From assembly GCA_965228895.1 (NCBI GenBank), contig OZ245842.1:3264001-3328000 (forward strand): a stretch of DNA of 64,000 nucleotides. Direction: 5' to 3'. Both the position numbers and the translations under genes were made by a program. Shown here piece by piece: positions 38,974-48,186 of the stretch; within the stretch, counting starts at the first letter, position 1; every line of letters begins with the position of its first letter. The notes under the pieces are model-generated. The model saw only the letters and a program-made list of their open reading frames with translations, searched no databases and was not told the origin of the DNA. Origin of the DNA: Alphaproteobacteria bacterium. GTDB taxonomy: Bacteria; Pseudomonadota; Alphaproteobacteria; SP197.

Positions 38974-39057
38974 CGAATGCCTCCCTCGCCCGGCAGACTA
39001 GCCGTGCACCCCGCGAGAATCCATGATCATCCGGCGCTCCCGGATACCGAACCGCCG

Positions 39058-41700
39058 TCAGTCGTCGTCGGCGCCCTGGGCGATGTCGATGATTGCAGCG
39101 AACGCCGCATCGTCAATCGGCTCACAGGTCAAAACACCCAGGTCGGCGTAGAGCTCATCCGGCATCTCCGGCAGATCAACCGCGCACGGCGCGCCACCGG
39201 GCGGCGATATCGCCAAACGTTGCGCCGTCGTTATCTCGGTCTGGAAGTAACCGGAACTGTCGGTCGACGCGATGCCGATGGCGCCGTCGATACGGCCATC
39301 GGCCACCGGCTGGCCGGCCTCGTCGACAATTTGGCCGAACACGGCGATCAGGCGATCGGCGATGTAGCGAACCGACACGGCGTTACCGGGAAACAGCGTC
39401 AGTTCATGGTTGGGCTGATCGACATGAATGAAACCTTCGGTATCGTCGGTCAACGAGATCTCATAAGTCGCATAGGGCGGCAGCGGCAGGAAAACGCTCT
39501 CGCCAACGCGGACCCTCTCGCGCGGATCGCCGTCGACATTGACCAGGAAAGTCCGGTCGGGATCGACATTGCCGTCCAGCAGCACCATCACACCGCTCTC
39601 CGTCAGCGCCGGCCCGCCAAACGCAAAACCATCCTCGTTGCCAATCAGGTTGATGTCGAAAACGCCGCTATAGGTCTGGAAGACCTCGCTGTCGTTGAAC
39701 GTCGTCTCGTAGTCAAAACCAACGCGTCCGATGTTGTTCGAATAGTCGGCGCCAACGGCGACGGAGTCTTCGATTACCGTATGAACGGCGCCGGCGCGGA
39801 TCGAGAGATCGTCCTCAAGGATGTCGTGATCGTCCCAGATCACGATACCGCCACCCTCGACGCCGGAACCGCCATCCGACGTGGCGATGGGCCGCGGATT
39901 GGAATGTCGGTAACCGACATTGCCGCGATAGGTCCAATGGTCGTCCGCGTAGGTAAAGCGCAACCCGGTCAGCGCCAGGAACTCGCGGTTCGACTGCGTC
40001 ACACTGCCGGTCCACTGAACGTTCAGGCCGTTCTCGGCGAACACATTGGCCGTGAACTGCGGGCCGAAGGACCAGGATTTCGAGTCAGCCTCGACGCTAT
40101 AGCTGCCGACCATGCTGACGCTCGCACCCCAGTCGGGCAAACGGTAGCTGACCGCGCCATTGAACTGCTGCGATCGGTTGATGAAGGGATCGAAGACATC
40201 GGGATTGCGCGAAGTCTGCGTGTCGCCGGCAAAGATTTGCCGCGCCGAGAAATTGACACCGATATCGTCGTACCTGTCGGTAAAGCGCACGAAGTAACCA
40301 TAGTCCCGATCGGTCGTCGCGATGATGCCGCCCTGCAGCCGCATCTGGTCATCCAGGTAGACCGCACCGGATTGCGCCAGCACCTGGTCGTCGCTGCCCA
40401 TCAGGTCGGCGAACCAGCCGGTCTGATCGTCGACACGATGGACCGTGCCGGCACGGAACAGCCAAGTCGACGTCACATCGCCGATAAACTCGCCGTCGCG
40501 GCCCTGTTCGTCATCGTTGATCAACTGGCCGATCTGAAACACATAGGTCGGCGCGTCTGCTGGCGGCAGTTCCGGTGTCTTGGCGAAAAACCGCGTCTCC
40601 TCGCGCGTGCCGCCGCCGATTTCCTGGATCCGCAGCGTGACTTCGTAAGAGCCCGGCGGCAGCGATGCCGTGTTCAAGACCTGGTTGCCGGCTTCATAGG
40701 TCTGGCTCGCCAACAGCCGGCCGTTGCCAAAGATGTCCACCTTGGAACGCACCGGCAAAAACAGGACAAGCGGCGTGCCGGTCACCAGATCCAGGTCCAT
40801 TCTGGAATCGAGCTGGGTGCCGATACCGACACCGACCATCTTTTCCTGCGCGACCGCTTCCAACGGTGCGGTCCGGAACAAGCCGCCTTGAAGACGCCAG
40901 GCTTCCTGGTCCGATACCACCTGTCCCTGGTCCAGGAAGAAACCGTCTTTGCTGTCATAGAGCAAATCGGAAACAAACCGGCTGTCTTCGACACCGACAA
41001 TGGTGTGGTTCAAGATATCGTAGTCGTTGTCCTGCCCGTCGCCACCGGAGATGATGCCGCTCAGGTAACTGAGGACCGCGGCGTCGCCGTCACTAGGCCG
41101 CAGATATCGCGCGCCGCCGCCCTGGATGCCGCGATAGGCGCCGTTGATGAAAAGATCGGCACGAAACGCGTTTCGATTGAAGATGACGCCGGCGATCGTC
41201 GGCTGCAGCACGCCACACCCTTCATCTTCCAGCGTTTCGCCGGGCAGGCAGACCAGATCGCTATGGCTCTTCAACGGACCGGTCAGCGCCGTGATCACGG
41301 GCGCGCGTTTGTCGACGTCTTCGATCAGATCGACAATGGCGGCGGGGTCTTCAAGCGTGATCGAACCCGGCGCATAGGTCGCCACGGCCGAAGTCAGAAT
41401 CCTGCCGTCGTAATAGATGTCGACGACGTTGGTTTGCGGTTCAACCAGGTTCTCGAACCCGGCAGGCACCACACCGGTTGCCTGGTCCGGCGCAATCGGC
41501 TCAGGAACTTTGATCAAGCTTGCGAACGCGTCCAGCGACGGCATGTAGTGCAGGTCGGCGGCAATGGCGATTTCCTCAGCCAGACCGCTGCGCACGGCGC
41601 CGAAGCCACCCGCGACAACCAGCGCGCCAAACAGCATCGGCGCGGCCGCCCGTAGAGGCCAGCCGCACACGCGTTTTACGAATGTCCTGCGCTCTTCCAT
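39058..41700 (-). CDS. Fimbrial usher, TcfC/EcpC/CS1-type
   Basis: VPAGFENL..DIYYDG, AGNQVLNTASLPPGSYEVTLRI, LPPYATYEI, TLFPGN; beta-barrel character. Confidence 0.8.
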   Translation of the reverse strand: MEERRTFVKRVCGWPLRAAAPMLFGALVVAGGFGAVRSGLAEEIAIAADLHYMPSLDAFASLIKVPEPIAPDQATGVVPAGFENLVEPQTNVVDIYYDGRILTSAVATYAPGSITLEDPAAIVDLIEDVDKRAPVITALTGPLKSHSDLVCLPGETLEDEGCGVLQPTIAGVIFNRNAFRADLFINGAYRGIQGGGARYLRPSDGDAAVLSYLSGIISGGDGQDNDYDILNHTIVGVEDSRFVSDLLYDSKDGFFLDQGQVVSDQEAWRLQGGLFRTAPLEAVAQEKMVGVGIGTQLDSRMDLDLVTGTPLVLFLPVRSKVDIFGNGRLLASQTYEAGNQVLNTASLPPGSYEVTLRIQEIGGGTREETRFFAKTPELPPADAPTYVFQIGQLINDDEQGRDGEFIGDVTSTWLFRAGTVHRVDDQTGWFADLMGSDDQVLAQSGAVYLDDQMRLQGGIIATTDRDYGYFVRFTDRYDDIGVNFSARQIFAGDTQTSRNPDVFDPFINRSQQFNGAVSYRLPDWGASVSMVGSYSVEADSKSWSFGPQFTANVFAENGLNVQWTGSVTQSNREFLALTGLRFTYADDHWTYRGNVGYRHSNPRPIATSDGGSGVEGGGIVIWDDHDILEDDLSIRAGAVHTVIEDSVAVGADYSNNIGRVGFDYETTFNDSEVFQTYSGVFDINLIGNEDGFAFGGPALTESGVMVLLDGNVDPDRTFLVNVDGDPRERVRVGESVFLPLPPYATYEISLTDDTEGFIHVDQPNHELTLFPGNAVSVRYIADRLIAVFGQIVDEAGQPVADGRIDGAIGIASTDSSGYFQTEITTAQRLAISPPGGAPCAVDLPEMPDELYADLGVLTCEPIDDAAFAAIIDIAQGADDD

Positions 41701-41706
41701 GGGTCG

Positions 41707-42786
41707 TTAGGGCGGGATCGCGACTTCGATCAGAACCGTGCTCTGATACGCCGTCGCGCTGCCTGCCGCGGCGCCGAGATCGTTTTCGTCAAAGAAAACG
41801 ATCATGCTCGCGTTGTTGGTACCGCCGGCGCAGTTCTCCGACGTGTTCGTCGTGGTGAACAACTGGGGTGCGCCGTAGGCAAGCTGTGTCGCCGGGCCGG
41901 TCGTGTTGACGCCGCCGGCATTGGCCCAATAGACCGAGAACGGCAGCGGTGCGTTGATGCCGGAAATTGCCTGGAACGCGCCTTCGGTAGTCGTCGCCGT
42001 CACCTGATAGGTCGCCGGACCACCGGCGCTGATCCGGTTGTTGGTCCACACACAGATGCTGGTGTCGGCATTGGTTTCGTCACCGACGCCGTCCCAGATG
42101 CCAAAGTCGAAGTTGTTCTTAAGCCGGATGAAGTTCATCAGCGGCGGGCTGACAACTGTCACCAAGCCCGAGGTCTCGGTGTCCGTCCCGTTACCGGTTG
42201 GCGTGTCGATGGTCAGCTGAAGGGTGCCGGTATAGGTGCCAGCCGGTACGCTTTCGAGATCGTTGTCGATGATGCGGATGCGCATGCGCTGTCCGCCCGC
42301 GTTCGAGCCCGAACTCGTGCAGACATCGAACTGTGCCTCGGTCAGGCTTTGAAAGATGCGTGGCGTGTTCGGCTGCAACGTCGTCCAACTGCCGCCTGTC
42401 GGGTTCCGGTACTGCACGATGATCGGCACCGTGCCGCCGGGACCGGTCAATTCGAAGGCGCCGCCGGCACCCTGCCCGGTTACCGTCACCTCAATGCTGG
42501 GATTGAAGCGCGGCCGGTTCGAAATGGCGCAATGACGGCGGACAGAGCTGCGGTTGTTGCCGCCGTTCCATGTAATAGTGAACGTGTCGCCGGCAAAATC
42601 CTCAAGATCTGCGCAGGGACGGTTGATTCCGTTGCAGGCCGAGTTTGCCGCAAACGTTTCTGTCGATGTCATGAGACCCACCATCATCATGACAAGCACC
42701 AGGGCGCCCAGCCGCAGGCCCATGAACACTGTCTCGGGTTTAAATCGTCGCGGCCGCAAGGCCGCTATGTCCGAAACAGCGCTCAT
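41707..42786 (-). CDS. Two-domain pilin / tip adhesin
   Basis: C-domain homologous to the adjacent pilin (FDFGIWD..ICVWTN..LPFSV.WAN..DL.AA..AYQ); N-domain ends AGTYTGTLQLTI. Confidence 0.7.
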   Translation of the reverse strand: MSAVSDIAALRPRRFKPETVFMGLRLGALVLVMMMVGLMTSTETFAANSACNGINRPCADLEDFAGDTFTITWNGGNNRSSVRRHCAISNRPRFNPSIEVTVTGQGAGGAFELTGPGGTVPIIVQYRNPTGGSWTTLQPNTPRIFQSLTEAQFDVCTSSGSNAGGQRMRIRIIDNDLESVPAGTYTGTLQLTIDTPTGNGTDTETSGLVTVVSPPLMNFIRLKNNFDFGIWDGVGDETNADTSICVWTNNRISAGGPATYQVTATTTEGAFQAISGINAPLPFSVYWANAGGVNTTGPATQLAYGAPQLFTTTNTSENCAGGTNNASMIVFFDENDLGAAAGSATAYQSTVLIEVAIPP

Positions 42787-42818
42787 GTTTCTCCGGCCTG
42801 CGGCCGGGACATACCTGG

Positions 42819-43370
42819 TTAGGGAACTGCCGCGATCTCGACAGTCAGGACGGCCTGGTACGCGTTGGCGTCAGCCTCCGCAGCGGCCAGGTCGGCTTCC
42901 GCAATATCGATGATCAGCGTCGAGTTCGTGCCGGCATTGCAGTCCGGTGTCGTCGGCGCGGACATGGTGAAACCGGTAGCGGAGTTATAGGGAACGGTCG
43001 TGCCCGTGGTCGCACCGGCGGTGTTCGCCCACTCCACCGCGAACGGCAGCGAGGTCGCCGTGCCGGGGTTCTCCAGCGTGTAGCCGGCTGTGTCGGACGT
43101 GATCTGCACGGTGTAACCGCCGCCGGCATTGGTCCAGACGCACAGGCTGTCGGTGCCCTGCTCGGCGCCGACCAGATCCCAGGTACCAAAGTCAATGTCA
43201 TCCAAACGCAGGATGCTGACCTTCTCCGGGATGATGATGGTGACGGTGGTGTCTTCGCTCTGTGGCGAATCACCGGTGGCTGCCAGCGCAACGGCCGACA
43301 TCAGGGCCACGGAAGCACCGGCGACGCCGGCAACGAGTTTCGAGCTATACTTTTGGGTAAGACGGTTCAT
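42819..43370 (-). CDS. Major pilin subunit
   Basis: Signal peptide ending ALA; DIDFGTW, CVWTN, two Cys, YQAVLTVEIA final strand. Confidence 0.7.
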   Translation of the reverse strand: MNRLTQKYSSKLVAGVAGASVALMSAVALAATGDSPQSEDTTVTIIIPEKVSILRLDDIDFGTWDLVGAEQGTDSLCVWTNAGGGYTVQITSDTAGYTLENPGTATSLPFAVEWANTAGATTGTTVPYNSATGFTMSAPTTPDCNAGTNSTLIIDIAEADLAAAEADANAYQAVLTVEIAAVP

Positions 43371-43939
43371 GATTTGCCATGACTCCAATAGGCCGTTGTT
43401 TTTAGGCTGACTGGCCGACCCCACGCTTGATCCATCGTGTTGCGCAGGGCTGAATCGCCCAATCAGTAGGCCCTTCTTGCAGCTTCCACCGTGTTCACTT
43501 ATGAGATGAGCCGGTCACTTCCACGCCTTATTCTGCGACGCGTTTTGGTAGGGACCGCCCTTCCAATGGGAGTATGTAGTCTTTCCAAAGGGTTAGGCTC
43601 CACACACTGGAAGTTGTATAGAATGAGAGTGTGGCGTTTATCACACTTTGCCACAAGGTCGGGCAATGGTGGAATAACATTCAGAATGGCTTGCGATTTG
43701 CGACGTTAGGTGATGACCACTGCCATATGTTAGAGAGTGTGACAGGTAACGTTCTCGTGATGCATCGCAAATTGACTATCCATTATGGGTACCTCGAATG
43801 CGCCAGCTCGTGTTCACCTCGACGGAAAAAGGTGCTTCGAACACCATCGCAGTAGCCTCAGGGGGCCGGCTCTTGCGTCCCGCCGCCCGGTGCCATGGAT
43901 TTACGACGCTGATCCCAGCGTTGCGCCTGGGAGGCGGGC

Positions 43940-44190
43940 TTGAAGGGCGCAAACCGCCATCGGCTGGATGCCGGTTGCGGGCACGGCGGCACATCCGCCT
44001 ATCTGCGGCACCAAAGCTGGGGGCACGTTAGTGGCTTCGACATTGAAACCCAGTCAATCGAAGAAGCCCGCAAGACCCCACACGACGTTTGTCGCCTGCG
44101 ACTTCACCGCCGCCCCGGGCGGGCTCGACCGGTACTTCGACGCTATCACCATGTTCAATGTGCTCTACGCCCTGTCCGATCAGCCGGCCG
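43940..44190 (+). pseudogene. Frameshifted, truncated class I SAM methyltransferase remnant
   Basis: LDAGCGHGG..VSGFDIETQSIEEAR in one frame, TTFVACD..FDAITMFNVLYALSDQ in another. Confidence 0.6.
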
Positions 44191-44815
44191 GACCAGCCTC
44201 GAGCGCGAACACCGACCAGACTGCGATCGCGACCATCACCGCGCCGGCACCCCACCGCAGCCAAAGCCGCGCCCTGTCGCTCGATAACAACCCGCGCGCG
44301 CCTTGGGCGCCGAACGCGTAAACAAGCCGGCCAACTACCGCCAGGCCCACATACGACGCGATCAGGATCAACGTCTGCGGCAAGACAGGCCGCGACAGAT
44401 CCATGAACTCCGGCAAGAAATTGATGAAGAAGCCCAGGCCTTCCGGATTGATGGCGGTGATCACGAAACCACGCACGAACAGCGTTCGAAACGGGATGCC
44501 GGCATGTTCGACCTTGACGGTCGGATCAGCATGCGCGGGCCGTATGCTGCGGTAACCCAGATAGAGCAGGTAAACGACACCGCACCACTTCAACACCTCG
44601 AACAGCGGCGGAAACTCTTCGACCAGCACGCCAACGCCAGCCAGCGACGCGCTAATTGACACGAGGTCGCCAGCCACCACGCCGCCGACAATCGCCGGAA
44701 TCGCCCGTCGGCCTTCCGACAGCGTGTAGCTCAAAACCAGGATCGTGCTGGGCCCCGGTATTATCAATACAACAGAAGCGGCCAAGACAAAGGCCAGGTA
44801 CGTCTCAACCGTCAC
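44180..44815 (-). CDS. LysE/RhtB family translocator
   Basis: IIPGPS, LKWCGVVYLLYLG, GF..TAINP; GTG start 44815 or 44821. Confidence 0.85.
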   Translation of the reverse strand: MTVETYLAFVLAASVVLIIPGPSTILVLSYTLSEGRRAIPAIVGGVVAGDLVSISASLAGVGVLVEEFPPLFEVLKWCGVVYLLYLGYRSIRPAHADPTVKVEHAGIPFRTLFVRGFVITAINPEGLGFFINFLPEFMDLSRPVLPQTLILIASYVGLAVVGRLVYAFGAQGARGLLSSDRARLWLRWGAGAVMVAIAVWSVFALEAGPAG

Positions 44816-45041
44816 CAGCACTGACCCATCGATGCGAAACCTGCATGGTCGCGAAGCGCGCGATAGCGGACATGGTGTGGCGCATCGGCAACGCGGACGG
44901 CGCAAGTGTGTCGGCTGGCACAGGATATGCACGACACCCGGTGATCACGATCACCAACCCCGCGCCCCGGGCAAGCATTAACGTTGATCATCACCACCTA
45001 CCCGCTAAGGCGCAGACAACATAGGCATTGAGGCGACACCA

Positions 45042-45212
45042 ATGGCCGACAAAAAGACTTCCAAACCCGACAACCATACCACGCAGACCAACGAACTCGG
45101 CGGCATCCTCTCTGACGAACAGTTGGAAAAGCTGGCGGCAGCAGTCAGCAACGCACAAGCCAACGGCGCCGCCGGCGCGACACCGGCCGGGTACTATTTC
45201 ACCGACGAATAA
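45042..45212 (+). CDS. 56-aa small protein (not in ORF track)
   Basis: GAGG then ATG; MADKKTSKPDNHTTQTNELGGILSDEQLEKLAAAVSNAQANGAAGATPAGYYFTDE*. Confidence 0.5.
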   Translation: MADKKTSKPDNHTTQTNELGGILSDEQLEKLAAAVSNAQANGAAGATPAGYYFTDE

Positions 45213-45410
45213 CCCCGGCTTATCGATCACGTCTTGCGGCTCTAGGGCAGACTCAACCCGCACAACCGGACCTGCTCTAGAGCCGCCACATGAGACTTCC
45301 AAAATCGCGGCGGCTGATCACGCATCCTGTCATGCTGACCAGTCTTCGCGCCGTTCATCCCCATGTCTAGCGTAGTGGTTAAGCCATCCGCACTTGGGGA
45401 GATCCCAACC

Positions 45411-45566
45411 ATGACCAACAAGCTGAACAACGCCGACAAGCGTATCTTCGACATCAAGGAGCCGATGTCGCGCCGCGATCTGTCGATGGAAAAGATCGTC
45501 GACGGCGTTTCCCTGCGCATCACGATCCGACAGCCGCAGCAGGATATCTTTCCGCGCCCGCGCTGA
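45411..45566 (+). CDS. 51-aa small protein
   Basis: GGGGAGA RBS; GC3-rich codons; MTNKLNNADKRIFDIKEPM... Confidence 0.5.
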   Translation: MTNKLNNADKRIFDIKEPMSRRDLSMEKIVDGVSLRITIRQPQQDIFPRPR

Positions 45567-45699
45567 TCGCGCAGACGGCCACGATGTCAAAATGAGACAG
45601 TGTGTTTGCCGCCTTGCACCCATTCGGCACGCCGTATCGGCCCTTCGGACTGTCAGGGAGACGTTGTAGGATCGCGTATCCGCGATCCCAGGGTGTGGC

Positions 45700-45987
45700 A
45701 TGTTGGATCTCAACAACCACGTCATCTTTGCTGACGGCCCCGACGACGACACGGTGCTCGCCATGCCCCGTGACGTTGCCGAGATTGTGTTTCACGAGGC
45801 ATTCGCGCTCTCGGCCAATCCACGCCTGACCTATGCCGACTTTGTCGCCAAACAGCAGATGCTGGAAGGCCTGCTGCGCGCGCCAATCAGCAGCGATACG
45901 CCGACCATGGACGATCTGCTTGCCTTGATGACGGCCGAAACGCGGATCATCAAGAAAAGCGCTCTGACGACCCTGCGCGAGCTCTAG
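45700..45987 (+). CDS. Hypothetical protein
   Basis: 95-aa ORF with host-like codon usage. Confidence 0.55.
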   Translation: MLDLNNHVIFADGPDDDTVLAMPRDVAEIVFHEAFALSANPRLTYADFVAKQQMLEGLLRAPISSDTPTMDDLLALMTAETRIIKKSALTTLREL

Positions 45988-46072
45988 CGCCGCACCTTTC
46001 TCCGCCGTCGGCGCGATGGATCGCGCGCCTGCCCTCCTGTAGGCTCCCGTCTTCTTGGGGGCGCCTTCGTTC

Positions 46073-46960
46073 ATGGCTGAACTATTCCTTCACGTTACCA
46101 ACGTGATCTTGCCGGTGCTGATCTGCGCCGCCGTCGGGTACTGTCTCGCGCGGTTCAAGGTTCCCTTCGACAACAAAATGGTCAACGGCGTGGTCGCCAA
46201 CGTCGGTTATCCGACGCTGATCATCTCGCATCTTTCGGGCGCGCATGTGCCGATCGGCGCCTTTCTCGACATGATGCTGGCCGCTGTCGCGGTACTTGCG
46301 TGCTTCTGCGCCTTGGCCTTCATCTTCTTGAAGATCATGGGCCTCAACACCCGCGCCTTTCTGTCGCCGCTGATGCACGCCAATGTCGGCAATGTCGGTC
46401 TGCCCATCGCATTGCTGGCGTTCGGCGAAGCCGGCATGGCCTATGCCATGGCCTTCGTCGTCGTCGTTGTTGTCAGCATCTTCACGGTCGGCATGGCCGT
46501 CACGATGGGTCGTTTTTCGCCGCGCAGCCTTTTGACGTCGCCGATCATCTACGCCGTGCTGTTCACGCTGGTCTTGATGGCGACCAATACGGCGCTGCCC
46601 AAACCGATCGACGAAGCGCTCACCATCCTCGGCGGCTTGGCCATCCCGCTCATGCTGCTGACGCTTGGCTACACACTCGCCACCTTGAAGGTCAGCGCGC
46701 TGTGGCGCGCCACCTATCTCAGCCTCTTTCATATCGCCATGGGCGTGGCGGTTGCCCTGGGCCTGCTCCAGGTCTTCGGCTTCACCGGCACCGAGCGCGG
46801 CGTCTTCATTCTCATGTGCCTGATGCCGGTCTCGGTCGCGACCTATCTGTTCGTCGACCAGCACGTGCACGACCTGGCGCACGAGGTCGCCGGCCTGATC
46901 ATGGTCTCGACCCTGCTCACCATCGTCGTCATGACACTGGCGTTAACCTTCTGGATCTAG
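46073..46960 (+). CDS. AEC (auxin efflux carrier) family transporter
   Basis: NVGNVGLPIALLAFG, AIPLMLLTLG, MPVSV; about 10 TM. Confidence 0.85.
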   Translation: MAELFLHVTNVILPVLICAAVGYCLARFKVPFDNKMVNGVVANVGYPTLIISHLSGAHVPIGAFLDMMLAAVAVLACFCALAFIFLKIMGLNTRAFLSPLMHANVGNVGLPIALLAFGEAGMAYAMAFVVVVVVSIFTVGMAVTMGRFSPRSLLTSPIIYAVLFTLVLMATNTALPKPIDEALTILGGLAIPLMLLTLGYTLATLKVSALWRATYLSLFHIAMGVAVALGLLQVFGFTGTERGVFILMCLMPVSVATYLFVDQHVHDLAHEVAGLIMVSTLLTIVVMTLALTFWI

Positions 46961-47117
46961 GGCGGATTTGCGTCTCACGGGCGCACCGCCGGCCCAATTG
47001 CCGCGATATGTGTGCTGACGGTCACTCAGGGCTCCGTTTGCCATGGAAATGTGCAGTTGATTTGCCGACTCTTTCATCGCGTGCGCTACCGCGCCGCCGG
47101 GCTGCCCGGATTGGGCA

Positions 47118-47215
47118 CCGCGATAAGGGCAAACCGCCGGCGACGGTGGGGCGCAAAGCCACCGGTCTTTGCCGGACAAGACGCCGGGCAAAGACAGCGG
47201 GGTTGCCGAAGGGAG
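47118..47215 (+). ncRNA. Cyclic di-GMP-I (GEMM) riboswitch
   Basis: AGGGCAAACC-gccg-GCGA-cggt-GG..CGCAAAGCC.CCGGTCT...AGACAGCGGGGTTGCCGA matches the Vc2-type consensus with a GNRA loop. Confidence 0.85.
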
Positions 47216-47222
47216 ACCGGCC

Positions 47223-47330
47223 ATGGCCGTCACCAGAAACCGAAAACGCGCGATCCGCCGCAGCGGCGAAGTTGCCTGTGTGCCGCTCGAGCCGCGCGAC
47301 ACCCAGCTGCCGGGAAGCCGGCGATGTTGA
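47223..47330 (+). CDS. Putative 35-aa leader ORF between riboswitch and ParA
   Basis: GAAGGGAGA RBS at the aptamer 3' end; MAVTRNRKRAIRRSGEVACVPLEPRDTQLPGSRRC*; stop lies between ParA-frame ATGs at 47324 and 47336. Confidence 0.4.
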   Translation: MAVTRNRKRAIRRSGEVACVPLEPRDTQLPGSRRC

Positions 47331-47335
47331 GTTCC

Positions 47336-48175
47336 ATGCGCGTGATGGCGCTGGCCTCGCAGAAGGGCGGTGCCGGCAAGACGACGTTGGCCGGGCATCT
47401 GGCGGTCGAAGCCGCGCGCACCGGTCACGGCCCCGTCGCCATGATCGATACGGACCCGCAAGGCAGCCTCTATCGCTGGTGGCTGGCGCGCGACGAGGAA
47501 GCACCCAAAGACGTTGTCAAACTCACCGGATTGCCGCGTCGGCGTGAAGACGATCAGTGGACGCTGGTCCAAGATCTCACCGACCTGCGCGACCAGGGTA
47601 TGCGTCTCGTCATCATCGATACCCCGCCCGCCGTTACCCGGCGCATCCGCAATGTCGTGTCTCTGGCCGACCTCGTTGTGCTGCCGGTTAGGCCCAGCCC
47701 GCACGATCTGCGCGCCGTCGGCGCGACGGTCGATATTGTCGAGGCCCAGAGTAAACCGATGATGTTTGTCTTGAACGGTGGAACGCCGCGCGCGCGCATC
47801 AACCAGGACGCCGCGATCGCGTTGACCCAGCACGGTCCCGTGGCGCCGGTCATCCTGCACAACCGCGTCCACTACGCGTCCGCCATGATCGACGGGCGCA
47901 CGGTCATGGAAACCGCGCCCAAATCAAGTTCGGCAAAGGAAGTCGTCGAGCTATGGCCTCACGTCGACGAACGCCTGCGCCGGCCGCTGGTCGTTGCCCT
48001 GGATAACGGCCTCGACCGGGCCGAGCGTGAGGCTGAGGGCGATACCGGCGGCGAGACCACCGCACCGCCGCGCCCGGCCGTCAAGTTCCCCAGCCCTGTC
48101 GCCGGCAGCGGCCTGAAGCCAAGCCAGCCTTTCGGCCGGCGCACCGGCGACCGCGACAGCGCGAAGTCCGCTTAA
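47336..48175 (+). CDS. Orphan ParA family ATPase
   Basis: KGGAGKTT deviant Walker A, DTDPQGS, IIDTPP; low-complexity tail with FGRR; no parB adjacent. Confidence 0.9.
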   Translation: MRVMALASQKGGAGKTTLAGHLAVEAARTGHGPVAMIDTDPQGSLYRWWLARDEEAPKDVVKLTGLPRRREDDQWTLVQDLTDLRDQGMRLVIIDTPPAVTRRIRNVVSLADLVVLPVRPSPHDLRAVGATVDIVEAQSKPMMFVLNGGTPRARINQDAAIALTQHGPVAPVILHNRVHYASAMIDGRTVMETAPKSSSAKEVVELWPHVDERLRRPLVVALDNGLDRAEREAEGDTGGETTAPPRPAVKFPSPVAGSGLKPSQPFGRRTGDRDSAKSA

Positions 48176-48186
48176 ACCAACGCGCC

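Noticed and set aside
38485-41655. 1056-aa plus-strand ORF
   Set aside because: Antisense shadow of the usher and cyclase genes; no motifs; expected in high-GC DNA.
44880-45040. Possible attenuator between LysE and the small ORFs
   Set aside because: No convincing terminator or leader with an RBS on either strand.
47118-47215. cGAMP-sensing GEMM-Ib variant
   Set aside because: The position equivalent to Vc2 G20 is G, not A.
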